Source: Spirochaetaceae bacterium
GTDB taxonomy: Bacteria > Spirochaetota > Spirochaetia > DSM-2461
Length of the DNA stretch: 64,000 nt
Direction of reading: 5' to 3'
Assembly (NCBI GenBank): GCA_051531975.1
Contig: JAOPTT010000006.1
Location: forward strand, 64,656-128,655
This document shows positions 42,016 to 51,625 of the stretch, in pieces; positions within the stretch are counted from its first letter, which is position 1; each line of letters starts with the position of its first letter. Below the pieces are notes generated by a model. The model was not told the DNA's origin and did not search any database. It saw only the letters and a list, made by a program, of their open reading frames with translations. The position numbers and the translations under genes are program-made.

Positions 42016-42068
42016 ATCCCTATTATTTGAAAATAATCGCAATAGGTCAATAAATATTATCTTCACTC

Positions 42069-42095
42069 TAACCTATTTCTTGTTTTTGTCGATAT
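42069..42095 (+). promoter_or_regulatory. Possible sigma28-like promoter (leaderless) of the spiro-SPASM operon
   Basis: TAAC-N15-GTCGATAT versus consensus TAAA-N15-GCCGATAA; 7 nt before the ATG, no SD. Confidence 0.4.
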
Positions 42096-42102
42096 TTTTA
42101 TT

Positions 42103-43560
42103 ATGAAGAATATAGTAATAGTTAATTTAATTGATATTTCGCCTTATTTTGAAACAAAAATTGAAGGTTTAACACAAATAGAAAGAATTTGTAATTTTAG
42201 TAATACATTACCAAATGTAGAAAATATTGTTTATTTATTATCCCAGGATGTCTTAGGGGTAAAAAATAAGATAATAAGAAAAAGCTGGACTCAGGAAGAT
42301 TTTATTAATGAAATCGAGAAAGTATCTACAGGATATGACAATATGTTTTATTTTTATGGAGATTGTCCTTTATTAGATTCTAAATTAACAAAAGCTATGT
42401 ATGATGATCATCTTAATTATTATGCTGAATATACATTTGCAGATGGTTATCCATATGGGTTAACACCAGAAATAATTGATGTTCATATATTATCTGCACT
42501 TAAAATTCTAGTTAAGGATTCAACAAGAATCTTACAAAGAGATTCTATATTTGATATTGTTAAAAAAGATATAAACTCTTTTGAGTTAGAGACTACAATA
42601 GCTGAAAAAGATTTAAGATTATTAAGAATATCTTTAACAATAGATAATAAAAGGAATTATAATCAATTTAAGAGAATATTGGGGCTTGGTGGAAAAGATT
42701 CTAAAAGTATTTCGAGAATAATAGAAAATAACCCAGAGGTACTTTTTCAAGAACCTAGCTATGTAACTATTGAGATAACTAAAAATCAAGTTCAAACTGT
42801 GAATTATTTACCTAAAAGAAAGGAAATCAAAAAAAATATAGATATTAATGACTTAGATATTGTTTTACAAAAAATTAAAGATTATTCTGAGGATTGTACT
42901 ATATCATTTGTTCCTGAATATGAACCTACTAGTCATCCAGACATAATTGAAATAATAAAAAAAATAACAACAGATTACAATTTTGATCTTTATATTGAAA
43001 CTTCAGGGCTAAATTGGACAACTGAACTTAAAAATGAAGTAAAAAGTAATAAGCGAGTTTTTATAATAATTACAATTGATACTATAGATCCTGATCTTTA
43101 TAAATTATTAAGAGGTGATGGATTCGCTGAGGTTATTGCATTCTCAAAAGAGATAGTTTCAATAATAAAGGATCGGGTTTGGATTCAAGCAACACGTATG
43201 AAAACAAATGAAGTAGTTATGGAAGCTTTTTATAGATTTTGGCAAGAATATACGGAACAAATTATAATACAAAAATATTCTAATTATAATGAATCGTTAG
43301 AGGATCTTAAAGTTGCAGATTTATCTCCATTAAAAAGGTTTCCTTGTTGGCATTTAAAAAAGGATATGCATGTTAATACAGAGGCAGATGTACTATTATG
43401 TTTTAATGATATAAATCAAGAATATATATTGGGTTCATTAAAAAATGAAGAAATAGAGGTTATTATGGAAAGAAAAAAAGAGTATTATAATGACCATATA
43501 AAATGTGAATACTCTGATTTTTGTAGGAAATGCGATGAATACTATACATTCAACTTTTAA
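42103..43560 (+). CDS. Spiro-SPASM protein (cytidylyltransferase-like + degenerate radical SAM + SPASM)
   Basis: GDCPLLD, YTFADGYPYGLTPEII; radical-SAM-like IEITKNQVQTVNYLP with no Cys; SPASM RFPCWHL...LLCFND...CRKCDEYYTFNF. Confidence 0.9.
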   Translation: MKNIVIVNLIDISPYFETKIEGLTQIERICNFSNTLPNVENIVYLLSQDVLGVKNKIIRKSWTQEDFINEIEKVSTGYDNMFYFYGDCPLLDSKLTKAMYDDHLNYYAEYTFADGYPYGLTPEIIDVHILSALKILVKDSTRILQRDSIFDIVKKDINSFELETTIAEKDLRLLRISLTIDNKRNYNQFKRILGLGGKDSKSISRIIENNPEVLFQEPSYVTIEITKNQVQTVNYLPKRKEIKKNIDINDLDIVLQKIKDYSEDCTISFVPEYEPTSHPDIIEIIKKITTDYNFDLYIETSGLNWTTELKNEVKSNKRVFIIITIDTIDPDLYKLLRGDGFAEVIAFSKEIVSIIKDRVWIQATRMKTNEVVMEAFYRFWQEYTEQIIIQKYSNYNESLEDLKVADLSPLKRFPCWHLKKDMHVNTEADVLLCFNDINQEYILGSLKNEEIEVIMERKKEYYNDHIKCEYSDFCRKCDEYYTFNF

Positions 43561-44500
43561 TAGCGTAAATACTAGTTACACCGTAATTGGTTCAAATATA
43601 CAAAATAACTCTAAATCGAAAGAATCTTCATTTTCTGTAATAATTTTGAATAATGGTGGAAGACCATATCGTGGCGAGTTATATAAAGAACTTTTAAACT
43701 TAGATATATCTGAAATAGTTTCAATAGAGCAAGCCTCAAAGAGTCATTTTGATTTAGAAAAGGAAACTATTAAGAATGAAAAACTAAGATTCCTTATACT
43801 TCAAAATGAAGTATCCATTGGTGAGATGATTAATATTGGAATCTCAGAATGTTCTAGTGATAATGTATTTGTAATTTGGGATGATATGAATATTAATACC
43901 AAAACAATTTCATATAGAGTATTTGAAAAAATAATGGAAGAAAAAACTATATGTACAGTTCCACTGTTTTCTAATTCAAAAGATGATATTATTCCAACAT
44001 TAATGACTCCTCTTTTCCATAAAGAGTTGCTAAAAGTTGTTCCGTTAGAAAATAATAAGCAGCTAAAAACTCTATTCCCATTTATGTTTGTTGGAATATA
44101 TAATAAAGATAAATTTATACAACTTGGTGGATATGATATTGATATCAAGAATTCATATTGGCAAAAATTAGATTTTGGATTAAGAGCTAATCTATGGGGT
44201 GAAAAAATCAAAGCTCATAAAGCTTTTACAGTTAAATTACGTTCAGATAATACAGAAATTGAGGATATAACTCCAGATCAAGATTATCGTCTGTATTCAT
44301 TAAAAAACATCTCAGTAAAATTAAAAAATGATGTTGGTTATCTACCTTTAATTAGATTTTTTTCGTATTTTGAGAAGTCAGGAGGTTCTATTATAGAGGC
44401 TTTTAGAACTTTTATTATAGTTAGGAAATGGGTTTATATTAATAGATATAGGTTTAAATTTACAGCACCATCTTTAACTTCTAATTGGGATGATTTATGA
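43535..44500 (+). CDS. GT2-like glycosyltransferase-fold protein
   Basis: FSVIIL, GEMINIGISECSSDNVFVIWDD, FIQLGGYD...LDFGLRA; ATG 43535 overlaps the upstream gene. Confidence 0.75.
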   Translation: MNTIHSTFNSVNTSYTVIGSNIQNNSKSKESSFSVIILNNGGRPYRGELYKELLNLDISEIVSIEQASKSHFDLEKETIKNEKLRFLILQNEVSIGEMINIGISECSSDNVFVIWDDMNINTKTISYRVFEKIMEEKTICTVPLFSNSKDDIIPTLMTPLFHKELLKVVPLENNKQLKTLFPFMFVGIYNKDKFIQLGGYDIDIKNSYWQKLDFGLRANLWGEKIKAHKAFTVKLRSDNTEIEDITPDQDYRLYSLKNISVKLKNDVGYLPLIRFFSYFEKSGGSIIEAFRTFIIVRKWVYINRYRFKFTAPSLTSNWDDL

Positions 44501-45165
44501 CAGGTGTTTTATTACAAGTGCGATTAGATTCATCTAGATTACCAAATAAAGCACTTTTTGAAATTTTTGATTTATCCGTTATTGAACACGCCATGAAGGC
44601 GCTAAAAAAAGTGAATGTAGATAAGCATATATTAGTTACAACAGAAGATTCTTTACATGATTTAGCACCTTTAGCTAAAAAGTTTGATTTTGAAATATTT
44701 TGTGGTTCAAAAAATAATGTTCTTGAGCGGTATGTTGATGCGATAAAAAAATACAATTTAAAGCAAATTATTAGAGCAACTGGTGATAACCCTTTAGTTA
44801 GTTATGAACTTGCAAATATATTAATTGATTTGCATAACACTAATAATCATGACTATTCTGGTTATCTAAATAATCCTGTAGGTACAGGAGTTGAAGTTGT
44901 AGAAAGTAGAGTATTAATACAAGCGTTAAATGAAAGTACAAAACAGTATGATTTGGAACATGTTACTCCATATATATATAATAACAAGGATAAATTCTCT
45001 GTTTTTCAAGGAGATGCACCTTTAAAATATCTATTAAAAGATACCTTTGTTACAATTGATACACAAGATGATTATAATAGGATTGTAAAGTTATTTCATG
45101 AATTGTATCATAATGAAATTATTTCATTAGAGAGTGTTATTCAGTGGTTAAAAAAAGAACAATAG
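44497..45165 (+). CDS. SpsF-like cytidylyltransferase (CMP-nonulosonate synthetase family)
   Basis: LQVRLDSSRLPNKAL, GSKNNVLERY, IIRATGDNPL, EHVTPYIY, TIDTQDDY. Confidence 0.9.
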   Translation: MTGVLLQVRLDSSRLPNKALFEIFDLSVIEHAMKALKKVNVDKHILVTTEDSLHDLAPLAKKFDFEIFCGSKNNVLERYVDAIKKYNLKQIIRATGDNPLVSYELANILIDLHNTNNHDYSGYLNNPVGTGVEVVESRVLIQALNESTKQYDLEHVTPYIYNNKDKFSVFQGDAPLKYLLKDTFVTIDTQDDYNRIVKLFHELYHNEIISLESVIQWLKKEQ

Positions 45166-46820
45166 TAATATATCCACATTTGGGAACTAAAGCTGGGACA
45201 GGTCATTTAAAACGTCTAATTCCTTTCTTTTCAGATGTCAGGTTTAATGTATATTTAATACATAGAGATCCAGACTTTGCTAAAGAAATTGTAGCTAACT
45301 TTGATATTGACCTAGATATAGTATATGCATTAAGTGATATAAAAAAGATAAAAGAAACAATAGATCTTATTTTATTAGATAATAGGGCCAGTGATAGATA
45401 CCTTTTTGATAAACTTAAAAATATAGCACCAATTGTAGCCCTTGATGAAGGTGGAGATGCAAGAGATTATGTTCCGTATTGTATTGATACGCTACCCAAT
45501 TTATTAAAAACAGAAGCAAATTATTTTAATCCTGGACTTTTAGACTTACCAGAAAACAAATATGAAGGTACATCTCTAAAAAAAGTACTTATTACATTTG
45601 GTGGACAAGATCCTTTTAAACTTACCGAACAAGCTGTTGATAATCTAGAAAAACGTTACGAAATTACAACAGTTATTGGTCCTCTTTTTGTTAAAAAAGA
45701 TTATGGGGTTTCAAAAATTGTAAATCCTGAAAACTTAAAAGAAATGTTATTTGATTTTGATTTAATAATAACTTCATTTGGAATAACAGCATTTGAAGCT
45801 GTATCTGCAGGTGTTCCTGTTGTTTTATATAATCCTACTGATTATCATAGGGAACTAGCTAATAAGGCGGGGTTCTATTCTATTGATTCCAAGTTTAATA
45901 TTAATTATAAAAAAGCAAAAAAATCTATAAAAACAATAAAAACAGGAAAACAAGAGAGCCTAACAGATTTTATATATAATTTAGAAGCATCATTTTTTGG
46001 ATGTCCAATTTGTGGTAGAAAAAGTAATCCATCTATTAAAAGACTTTTCAAAAAAAGTTATTTTAGATGTAATCATTGTTTATTAGATTATATGGTATCT
46101 CATAATAAAAAAATCGAATATTCAGAAAATTATTTTTTTGATGATTATCAAAAACAATATGGTAAAACATATTTAGAAGATTTTGATAATATTAAGAATT
46201 TAGGGTTAACTAGATTAAAATGGATAAAAAAGAAATTAAAAAAAGGTGATTCAATTCTAGATATCGGATGTGCCTATGGGCCATTTCTCAAAGCATCTGA
46301 AATTGCAGGTTTAAGTCCTTTTGGAATCGATGTATCACTTGATGCCATTAAATATATAACTAATAACTTAAGTTTACCTGCAATTAATAGTGCTTTCCCT
46401 TTGGATGAATCTTTGGATTTCCCAACACCTTTTAATAGTATTACAATGTGGTTTGTTATAGAACATTTTAAAAACTTAGATGATGTATTTATCCAGGTTA
46501 ATAATTTACTTAAAAAGGGTGGGGTATTCGCATTTTCAACTCCTAATGGTGCTGGTATTTCTGCCAAAAAAAATTATATTAAATTTTTATCAAATAGCCC
46601 TGATGACCACTATTCAATATTGAGTCCAAACAACATAAAAAAAATATTAAAAGGGTATGGTTTTAAAGTATATAAAATTAATATAACTGGGCACCATCCT
46701 GAGCGATTTGGAAAGTTGGTTAAAGCTAAAATTATCTATAAAATTATAATGTTAATTAGTAAAGTATTTAAGTTAGGAGATACTTTTGAAGTCTATTGTG
46801 TAAAGGAAAATAAACTGTGA
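45144..46820 (+). CDS. PseG/SpsG-like GT-B domain fused to Zn-finger class I SAM methyltransferase
   Basis: GTGHLKR, ITFGGQDP, FGITAFEA..GVP; CPICG...CNHC; ILDIGCAYGPFL, VIEHF, LKKGG...STPN. Confidence 0.85.
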   Translation: MVKKRTIVIYPHLGTKAGTGHLKRLIPFFSDVRFNVYLIHRDPDFAKEIVANFDIDLDIVYALSDIKKIKETIDLILLDNRASDRYLFDKLKNIAPIVALDEGGDARDYVPYCIDTLPNLLKTEANYFNPGLLDLPENKYEGTSLKKVLITFGGQDPFKLTEQAVDNLEKRYEITTVIGPLFVKKDYGVSKIVNPENLKEMLFDFDLIITSFGITAFEAVSAGVPVVLYNPTDYHRELANKAGFYSIDSKFNINYKKAKKSIKTIKTGKQESLTDFIYNLEASFFGCPICGRKSNPSIKRLFKKSYFRCNHCLLDYMVSHNKKIEYSENYFFDDYQKQYGKTYLEDFDNIKNLGLTRLKWIKKKLKKGDSILDIGCAYGPFLKASEIAGLSPFGIDVSLDAIKYITNNLSLPAINSAFPLDESLDFPTPFNSITMWFVIEHFKNLDDVFIQVNNLLKKGGVFAFSTPNGAGISAKKNYIKFLSNSPDDHYSILSPNNIKKILKGYGFKVYKINITGHHPERFGKLVKAKIIYKIIMLISKVFKLGDTFEVYCVKENKL

Positions 46821-48322
46821 ATATATTTATATTAGGTGCTGGAGTTATGCAAATTCCAGTTATAAACAAAGCAAAAAAAATGGGGCATTTTGTTTTATGT
46901 GCAGATGGTAATTCTGAAGCTATAGGAAAGAGTTTACCAGATATTTTTTATCCAATTGATTTAAAAGATAAGGTTGGATTATTAAATATTGCTGAAAAGT
47001 TTCATAAAAAACATACTCTCCATGGAGTTTTTACTGCAGGAACTGATTTTTCTTCATCTGTAGCATGGATAACTAATAAATTAAATCTTCCTGGTATAAC
47101 ATATGAAGCTGCAATGAATGCAACAGATAAAATTAGAATGAGAGCTAAATTCAATGAGTACAATGTTCCATCTCCAAAGTATGTCGAATATTCAGCAGAT
47201 ATGAACATAAATAATATTATGGGGGAGATGCAATTTCCTGTTGTAATTAAACCTGTTGATAGCATGGGTGGTCGAGGTGTTTGCAAGGTTAGTAATATTG
47301 AAGAATTAGTAAAAGCATCAGATTTGGCTATTTCACATTCTAAGACCTCTAGAGCTATAGTTGAAGAGTATATAGATGGACCTGAATTTAGTTTAGATGC
47401 CTTAGTTATAGATGGCAAAGTTGAAGTTTTTGGTTTTGCTGATAGAGAGATAATGTTCCCTCCATCCTTTGTAGAAATGGGACATACAATACCTACAAAC
47501 ATATCAGAGGATATGAAAAATGAAATTGTTACAGTTTTTTCACAGGGTGTTAAAGCTTTAGGTATTAATTATGGATCAGCTAAAGGTGATATGAAATATA
47601 GTGTTAATGGACCAGTTATTGGTGAAATTGCAGCAAGACTCTCTGGAGGTTATATGTCTGGTTGGACATACCCATACTCTAGTGATATTGATCTAATTAA
47701 AGGTGGAATAGAGCTCGCTTTAGGACAAGATCTTACTATACGAAAAGAAGACAGAGGATATTATTCTGCAGAGAGAGCTTTTATCTCCATACCTGGAGTT
47801 GTTAAAGAAATATTTATTAAAGAGAAAGATAAATCGATAAAAGATATATTTACTAATTGTAAGGTAGGTGATGTTGTTGTATTTCCAACAAACAACGTTG
47901 AAAAATGTGGAAATATTATATCTGTTGATAAAAAAAGAGATACTGCAATTAAAAATGCAGAAAAATTTGCTGCTGATATAATAATCAGACTAGAACCAAA
48001 TGAAATAGCGACTCAAGATTTTCTTTTTTCTGATAAAAATATTCATAGAGCATTTGATATTGATAATAAGCTTTATTCAAAACTTGATCAGAGTGTTGAA
48101 ATAGATAATGGCACTATTTACATAAACAAAGTTGATAAAATATTAAAATCTAGAAAAAAAGATTGGCATAATAGAACAATAAATAGGGTTTTAACTATTT
48201 TAAAGAATTATTATGATATCCAATTTGTAGAAGATACAAATTGTGGAAAAGAATTTTATGAATCATTAATTAATGGTTCTATACAAGGAGTTTTATACTA
48301 TCTTGATACGCTTGAAATTTAG
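46817..48322 (+). CDS. ATP-grasp domain ligase
   Basis: ILGAGVMQ, ATDKIRMR, PVVIKPVDSMGGRGV, VEEYIDGPEFSLD, GEIAARLSGG. Confidence 0.9.
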   Translation: MNIFILGAGVMQIPVINKAKKMGHFVLCADGNSEAIGKSLPDIFYPIDLKDKVGLLNIAEKFHKKHTLHGVFTAGTDFSSSVAWITNKLNLPGITYEAAMNATDKIRMRAKFNEYNVPSPKYVEYSADMNINNIMGEMQFPVVIKPVDSMGGRGVCKVSNIEELVKASDLAISHSKTSRAIVEEYIDGPEFSLDALVIDGKVEVFGFADREIMFPPSFVEMGHTIPTNISEDMKNEIVTVFSQGVKALGINYGSAKGDMKYSVNGPVIGEIAARLSGGYMSGWTYPYSSDIDLIKGGIELALGQDLTIRKEDRGYYSAERAFISIPGVVKEIFIKEKDKSIKDIFTNCKVGDVVVFPTNNVEKCGNIISVDKKRDTAIKNAEKFAADIIIRLEPNEIATQDFLFSDKNIHRAFDIDNKLYSKLDQSVEIDNGTIYINKVDKILKSRKKDWHNRTINRVLTILKNYYDIQFVEDTNCGKEFYESLINGSIQGVLYYLDTLEI

Positions 48323-49322
48323 TTTTTTAATAATACTATTATTAAACTCACTGTTTATTAGCGGAAATGTACCTCTCTTTGAACTTATTAATAAAAGTGA
48401 AAGTGAGATAAAATGGAATCCACACAGAAAAAAAGGTATAATTAATAAAAAAGATGTTTCAATATCATTTATGCTAGATTGCCCAACAATTATTTTAAAT
48501 TATAATGAAATTATATCAGGTGTTAGTTTTTTTTCTGAAAAAGATGAAATATATGTTGATGATGAATCCGCAAAACTTTTATACCGTCTTCTGAAAATAT
48601 ATGAACCCCATGAAGCAGTTGTAAATGATGAAGATCTATTTAGTATTCCTGTTATTATTATTGATCCTGGGCATGGAGGAAGAGATTCTGGAGCATTAGG
48701 TGGGCATAAGGATTTTAAAATACAAGAAAAAGATGTTGTATTAGATATTTCAAAAAAAGTAGTACAGAAACTCAAAGATAATTATTTACATAAAAAAATA
48801 TTAATGACTAGAGGGGATGATACCTACTATTCTCTAGAAGAAAGAGTCGAATTAGCAAATAAAATAGAATTAGAAAAAAAAGAAGCAGTTATATATATTT
48901 CAATTCATGCAAATGCGTCTCTTAAAAAGAAAGCCCAGGGGTTTGAAGTATGGTACCTTCCAAAAGACTATAGAAGAAATGTATTAGAGGGTGAAATTGA
49001 AGATAGTAATAAACTTAATAGTATAGTTAACGCCTTAAAAGAGGATGAGATCTCACTAGAAGGGCAACAACTGGCCGAATCAATCCTTATAGGGCTAAAT
49101 TCCATTGTAGGTGAATTAAGCTCTAATAGAGGGCTGAAAGAGGAAATCTGGTTTGTAGTGAGAAAGGCTCGAATGGCATCTGTACTAATTGAAGTTGGTT
49201 TTATTACTAACGAAATTGAAGGAAAGAGGTTAACGGAGCAGGAGTACTTGCAAAAAATTGCTGATGGTATCTATAATGGGATAACTAATTTTGTGGCTAC
49301 ATATGAAAAAAGTGGAAGGTAA
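48312..49322 (+). CDS. N-acetylmuramoyl-L-alanine amidase (Amidase_3)
   Basis: IIIDPGHGGRDSGA, EKDVVL, ISIHANA, SVLIEVGFITN; TTG 48312 gives a clean signal peptide (ORF is open from 48273). Confidence 0.93.
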   Translation: MKFSFLIILLLNSLFISGNVPLFELINKSESEIKWNPHRKKGIINKKDVSISFMLDCPTIILNYNEIISGVSFFSEKDEIYVDDESAKLLYRLLKIYEPHEAVVNDEDLFSIPVIIIDPGHGGRDSGALGGHKDFKIQEKDVVLDISKKVVQKLKDNYLHKKILMTRGDDTYYSLEERVELANKIELEKKEAVIYISIHANASLKKKAQGFEVWYLPKDYRRNVLEGEIEDSNKLNSIVNALKEDEISLEGQQLAESILIGLNSIVGELSSNRGLKEEIWFVVRKARMASVLIEVGFITNEIEGKRLTEQEYLQKIADGIYNGITNFVATYEKSGR

Positions 49323-49327
49323 TCTAA

Positions 49328-49813
49328 ATGAATAAAAAGCGAATAATAGTAACATCAATTTTAATAATATCATTTATTGTATCATTCATTATGTTTCAAT
49401 TAAATGAACAACGGTATACAAAGATCACATTTAGATATTTCTATGAATTGGAAGATAAAATAATTCTTGAAGATCGATATATTCTACTAAATGGAACATT
49501 AGAAGAAAAAGCTGAACAAATAGTAAAGGAACTTTTTTTAGGACCAATATCAGTTTTTAATAAAAAATTGGTTCCCTTCGATTTCAAATACAACTCGTTT
49601 TATACAAATAATAAAATAGCTTATCTTGATTTACCAAGTAGTTTTATTAAGAATAATAACGATATTGATATAATTATATCTTTGATAAAAGAGAACATTT
49701 TAAGCAATTTAAATAAAATAAATACTGTTATAATTACTGTTGATGGTTATTTATTAGGTGATGGTCCACTAGCAAAAGAACTGCCACAAGGCGAAATAGA
49801 TAACAAAAAATAA
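49328..49813 (+). CDS. GerMN-like domain membrane protein
   Basis: N-terminal TM, VKELFLGP, IAYLDL, VIITVDG; lies between the amidase and flaA. Confidence 0.7.
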   Translation: MNKKRIIVTSILIISFIVSFIMFQLNEQRYTKITFRYFYELEDKIILEDRYILLNGTLEEKAEQIVKELFLGPISVFNKKLVPFDFKYNSFYTNNKIAYLDLPSSFIKNNNDIDIIISLIKENILSNLNKINTVIITVDGYLLGDGPLAKELPQGEIDNKK

Positions 49814-49822
49814 TAATAATTG

Positions 49823-49850
49823 TTGACAAACGTTCGTTCCTTAGTATAAT
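49823..49850 (+). promoter_or_regulatory. Consensus sigma70 promoter of flaA
   Basis: TTGACA (49823-28) - 16 bp - TATAAT (49845-50). Confidence 0.85.
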
Positions 49851-49900
49851 TTTCAATATAAATAAGTTTTTTTTAGAGATAAAGACAAAAGGAGTACTGC

Positions 49901-50938
49901 ATGAAAAGGTTATTAGCTCTACTAGGGTTCACCTTATTATTATTATCAAATTCTGTTTTTGCGGAAACAGCTACAATTATCGATTTTGCTGATTTAACTG
50001 AGGACGAAAATGGACTCAATACAGCAACAACAATTGATTATAGCAGTGTTGCAGGAACAACGTATGATGTTGAAGACAAGGATTTAATGAAGGAATCACT
50101 TTTCGTTGATAGTTGGAACGTTATTCTTAATTCTTCGGCACAGACTGTTGATAATGACAGATTATCGTTTACACAATCTGTATTTGTTAAAGAAACAGCA
50201 AAAAGATTTGCTGGCGAACAAGTTTTAGGTGTAAGAGTTCACTTCCCTAACAGTTTTGGTGCAAATGCAAAGGTTGTTCCTCCATTTGATATTCCAGCTT
50301 ATATGCCTTCTGATGAAGAAATAGAGCAAGGAATTAAGAGTGGTAGTAAATTTAACAGTTATGGTGTTCTTAAGAATGTTGGTGCTATCAAAAAAATATC
50401 TATAAATGTTTTTGGAAGAAAGTATCCTCATCATTTAAGTTTACTATTTTCTGATTCAGATGGTAATGAAAAATTAGTTCCTGTTGGTTACATGACCTTT
50501 GACGGTTGGAGAACTTTAACATGGAATAATCCAAACTATATAACTGAAGTTAAGTACAGAGAATTAAACGCTGCACCTATCTATCCAGTTACTTCAAATA
50601 GTTTAATCTTTAAGGGTTTATTAATTAAGAAATCTGCAAATGACAAGGGTGGAGACTTTATATCTTACTTTAAAGATATTGATGTAACATTTGATAAAGC
50701 AATTAGAGATGATGTTGAATCTGATATCGATGACGAACAAGTTTGGGGTATTCTTGCAAATAGAGAAGAAGCAAGAAGAAATAACGAACTTAGAACTCTT
50801 GGTAATGATCAAATACTTCAGTATCTTGAGACTAAGAAAATGGATCAGGCTGGTAATGCAGTGGATAAACGTGAGTCTATTCCTCTTACTGAGTCAAGTA
50901 CTACTTCTGATGATCAAGAACCAGCAGCAGCTGAGTAG
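49901..50938 (+). CDS. flaA: Periplasmic flagellar filament outer sheath protein FlaA
   Basis: Signal peptide, IIDFADL, VLGVRVHFP, PPFDIPAY, GVLKNVGAIK, FDGWRTLTWNNPNYI, DIDDEQVWGIL; SD AAGGAG. Confidence 0.96.
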   Translation: MKRLLALLGFTLLLLSNSVFAETATIIDFADLTEDENGLNTATTIDYSSVAGTTYDVEDKDLMKESLFVDSWNVILNSSAQTVDNDRLSFTQSVFVKETAKRFAGEQVLGVRVHFPNSFGANAKVVPPFDIPAYMPSDEEIEQGIKSGSKFNSYGVLKNVGAIKKISINVFGRKYPHHLSLLFSDSDGNEKLVPVGYMTFDGWRTLTWNNPNYITEVKYRELNAAPIYPVTSNSLIFKGLLIKKSANDKGGDFISYFKDIDVTFDKAIRDDVESDIDDEQVWGILANREEARRNNELRTLGNDQILQYLETKKMDQAGNAVDKRESIPLTESSTTSDDQEPAAAE

Positions 50939-50959
50939 TCTTAATTATATAGAATACAT

Positions 50960-50985
50960 AAACCTCTCTTTTGAGAGGTTTTTTT
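50960..50985 (+). terminator. Intrinsic terminator after flaA
   Basis: AAACCTCTC-tttt-GAGAGGTTT followed by a T run. Confidence 0.85.
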
Positions 50986-50998
50986 ATTTATAAAATAA

Positions 50999-51589
50999 TT
51001 ATTTTATTATATTTGAGATTATGAATGTTAGTTGGTTTGAAAGGTTTGATTTTAATGTTTGTATATCTTTTGGGTTTTTAAGAATTATATAAAAATGCAG
51101 AGCTGAATTAAAAGTAGAGGTTAGAATATCTGCAAGTATTTCTGTTTCCTTTGTTGTTAGATGGGTTAATTCTTCAGATTTTTGTATCTCAGTTAAAAGA
51201 ATATTATAAGCTGGATGTATAAAATGATCAGTATTATCTTTATTAAAATATGTAAAATCTACTTTTGTGGATAAAAAAGGGTAATAAATATTAGTATTCT
51301 TAGCATTAAATTCTACCATGTGTTCAATAAAACTTAGGCATCTTTCTAAGATATTTTCTCCTGTTAATCTGTCAGATAAGTATTGTGTACACTCTTCTGC
51401 TAACTTTATCATGCATATGCAAATTAGCTCATTATAATTTTCAAAGTAATTATAAATTGTCGCATATGAATAACCGGCTTTATCACCAATCTTTTTGGTT
51501 GTTAGTTTTTCTAACCCATCTTCCTTTATGATATCTATTGCAGCTTCAATGAAGTAATTTTTAACTCTAGCTCGTTGAATACTTTTCAT
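50999..51589 (-). CDS. TetR/AcrR family transcriptional regulator
   Basis: [34 protein letters not shown] helix-turn-helix. Confidence 0.93.
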   Translation of the reverse strand: MKSIQRARVKNYFIEAAIDIIKEDGLEKLTTKKIGDKAGYSYATIYNYFENYNELICICMIKLAEECTQYLSDRLTGENILERCLSFIEHMVEFNAKNTNIYYPFLSTKVDFTYFNKDNTDHFIHPAYNILLTEIQKSEELTHLTTKETEILADILTSTFNSALHFYIILKNPKDIQTLKSNLSNQLTFIISNIIK

Positions 51590-51625
51590 AACTTATATTA
51601 TGCATATAAAATCATAAAAAACAAC

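Noticed and set aside
42103..43560. RiPP maturase with a precursor peptide
   Set aside because: The radical-SAM cysteines are absent, no precursor ORF is nearby, and the context is sugar-nucleotide enzymes.
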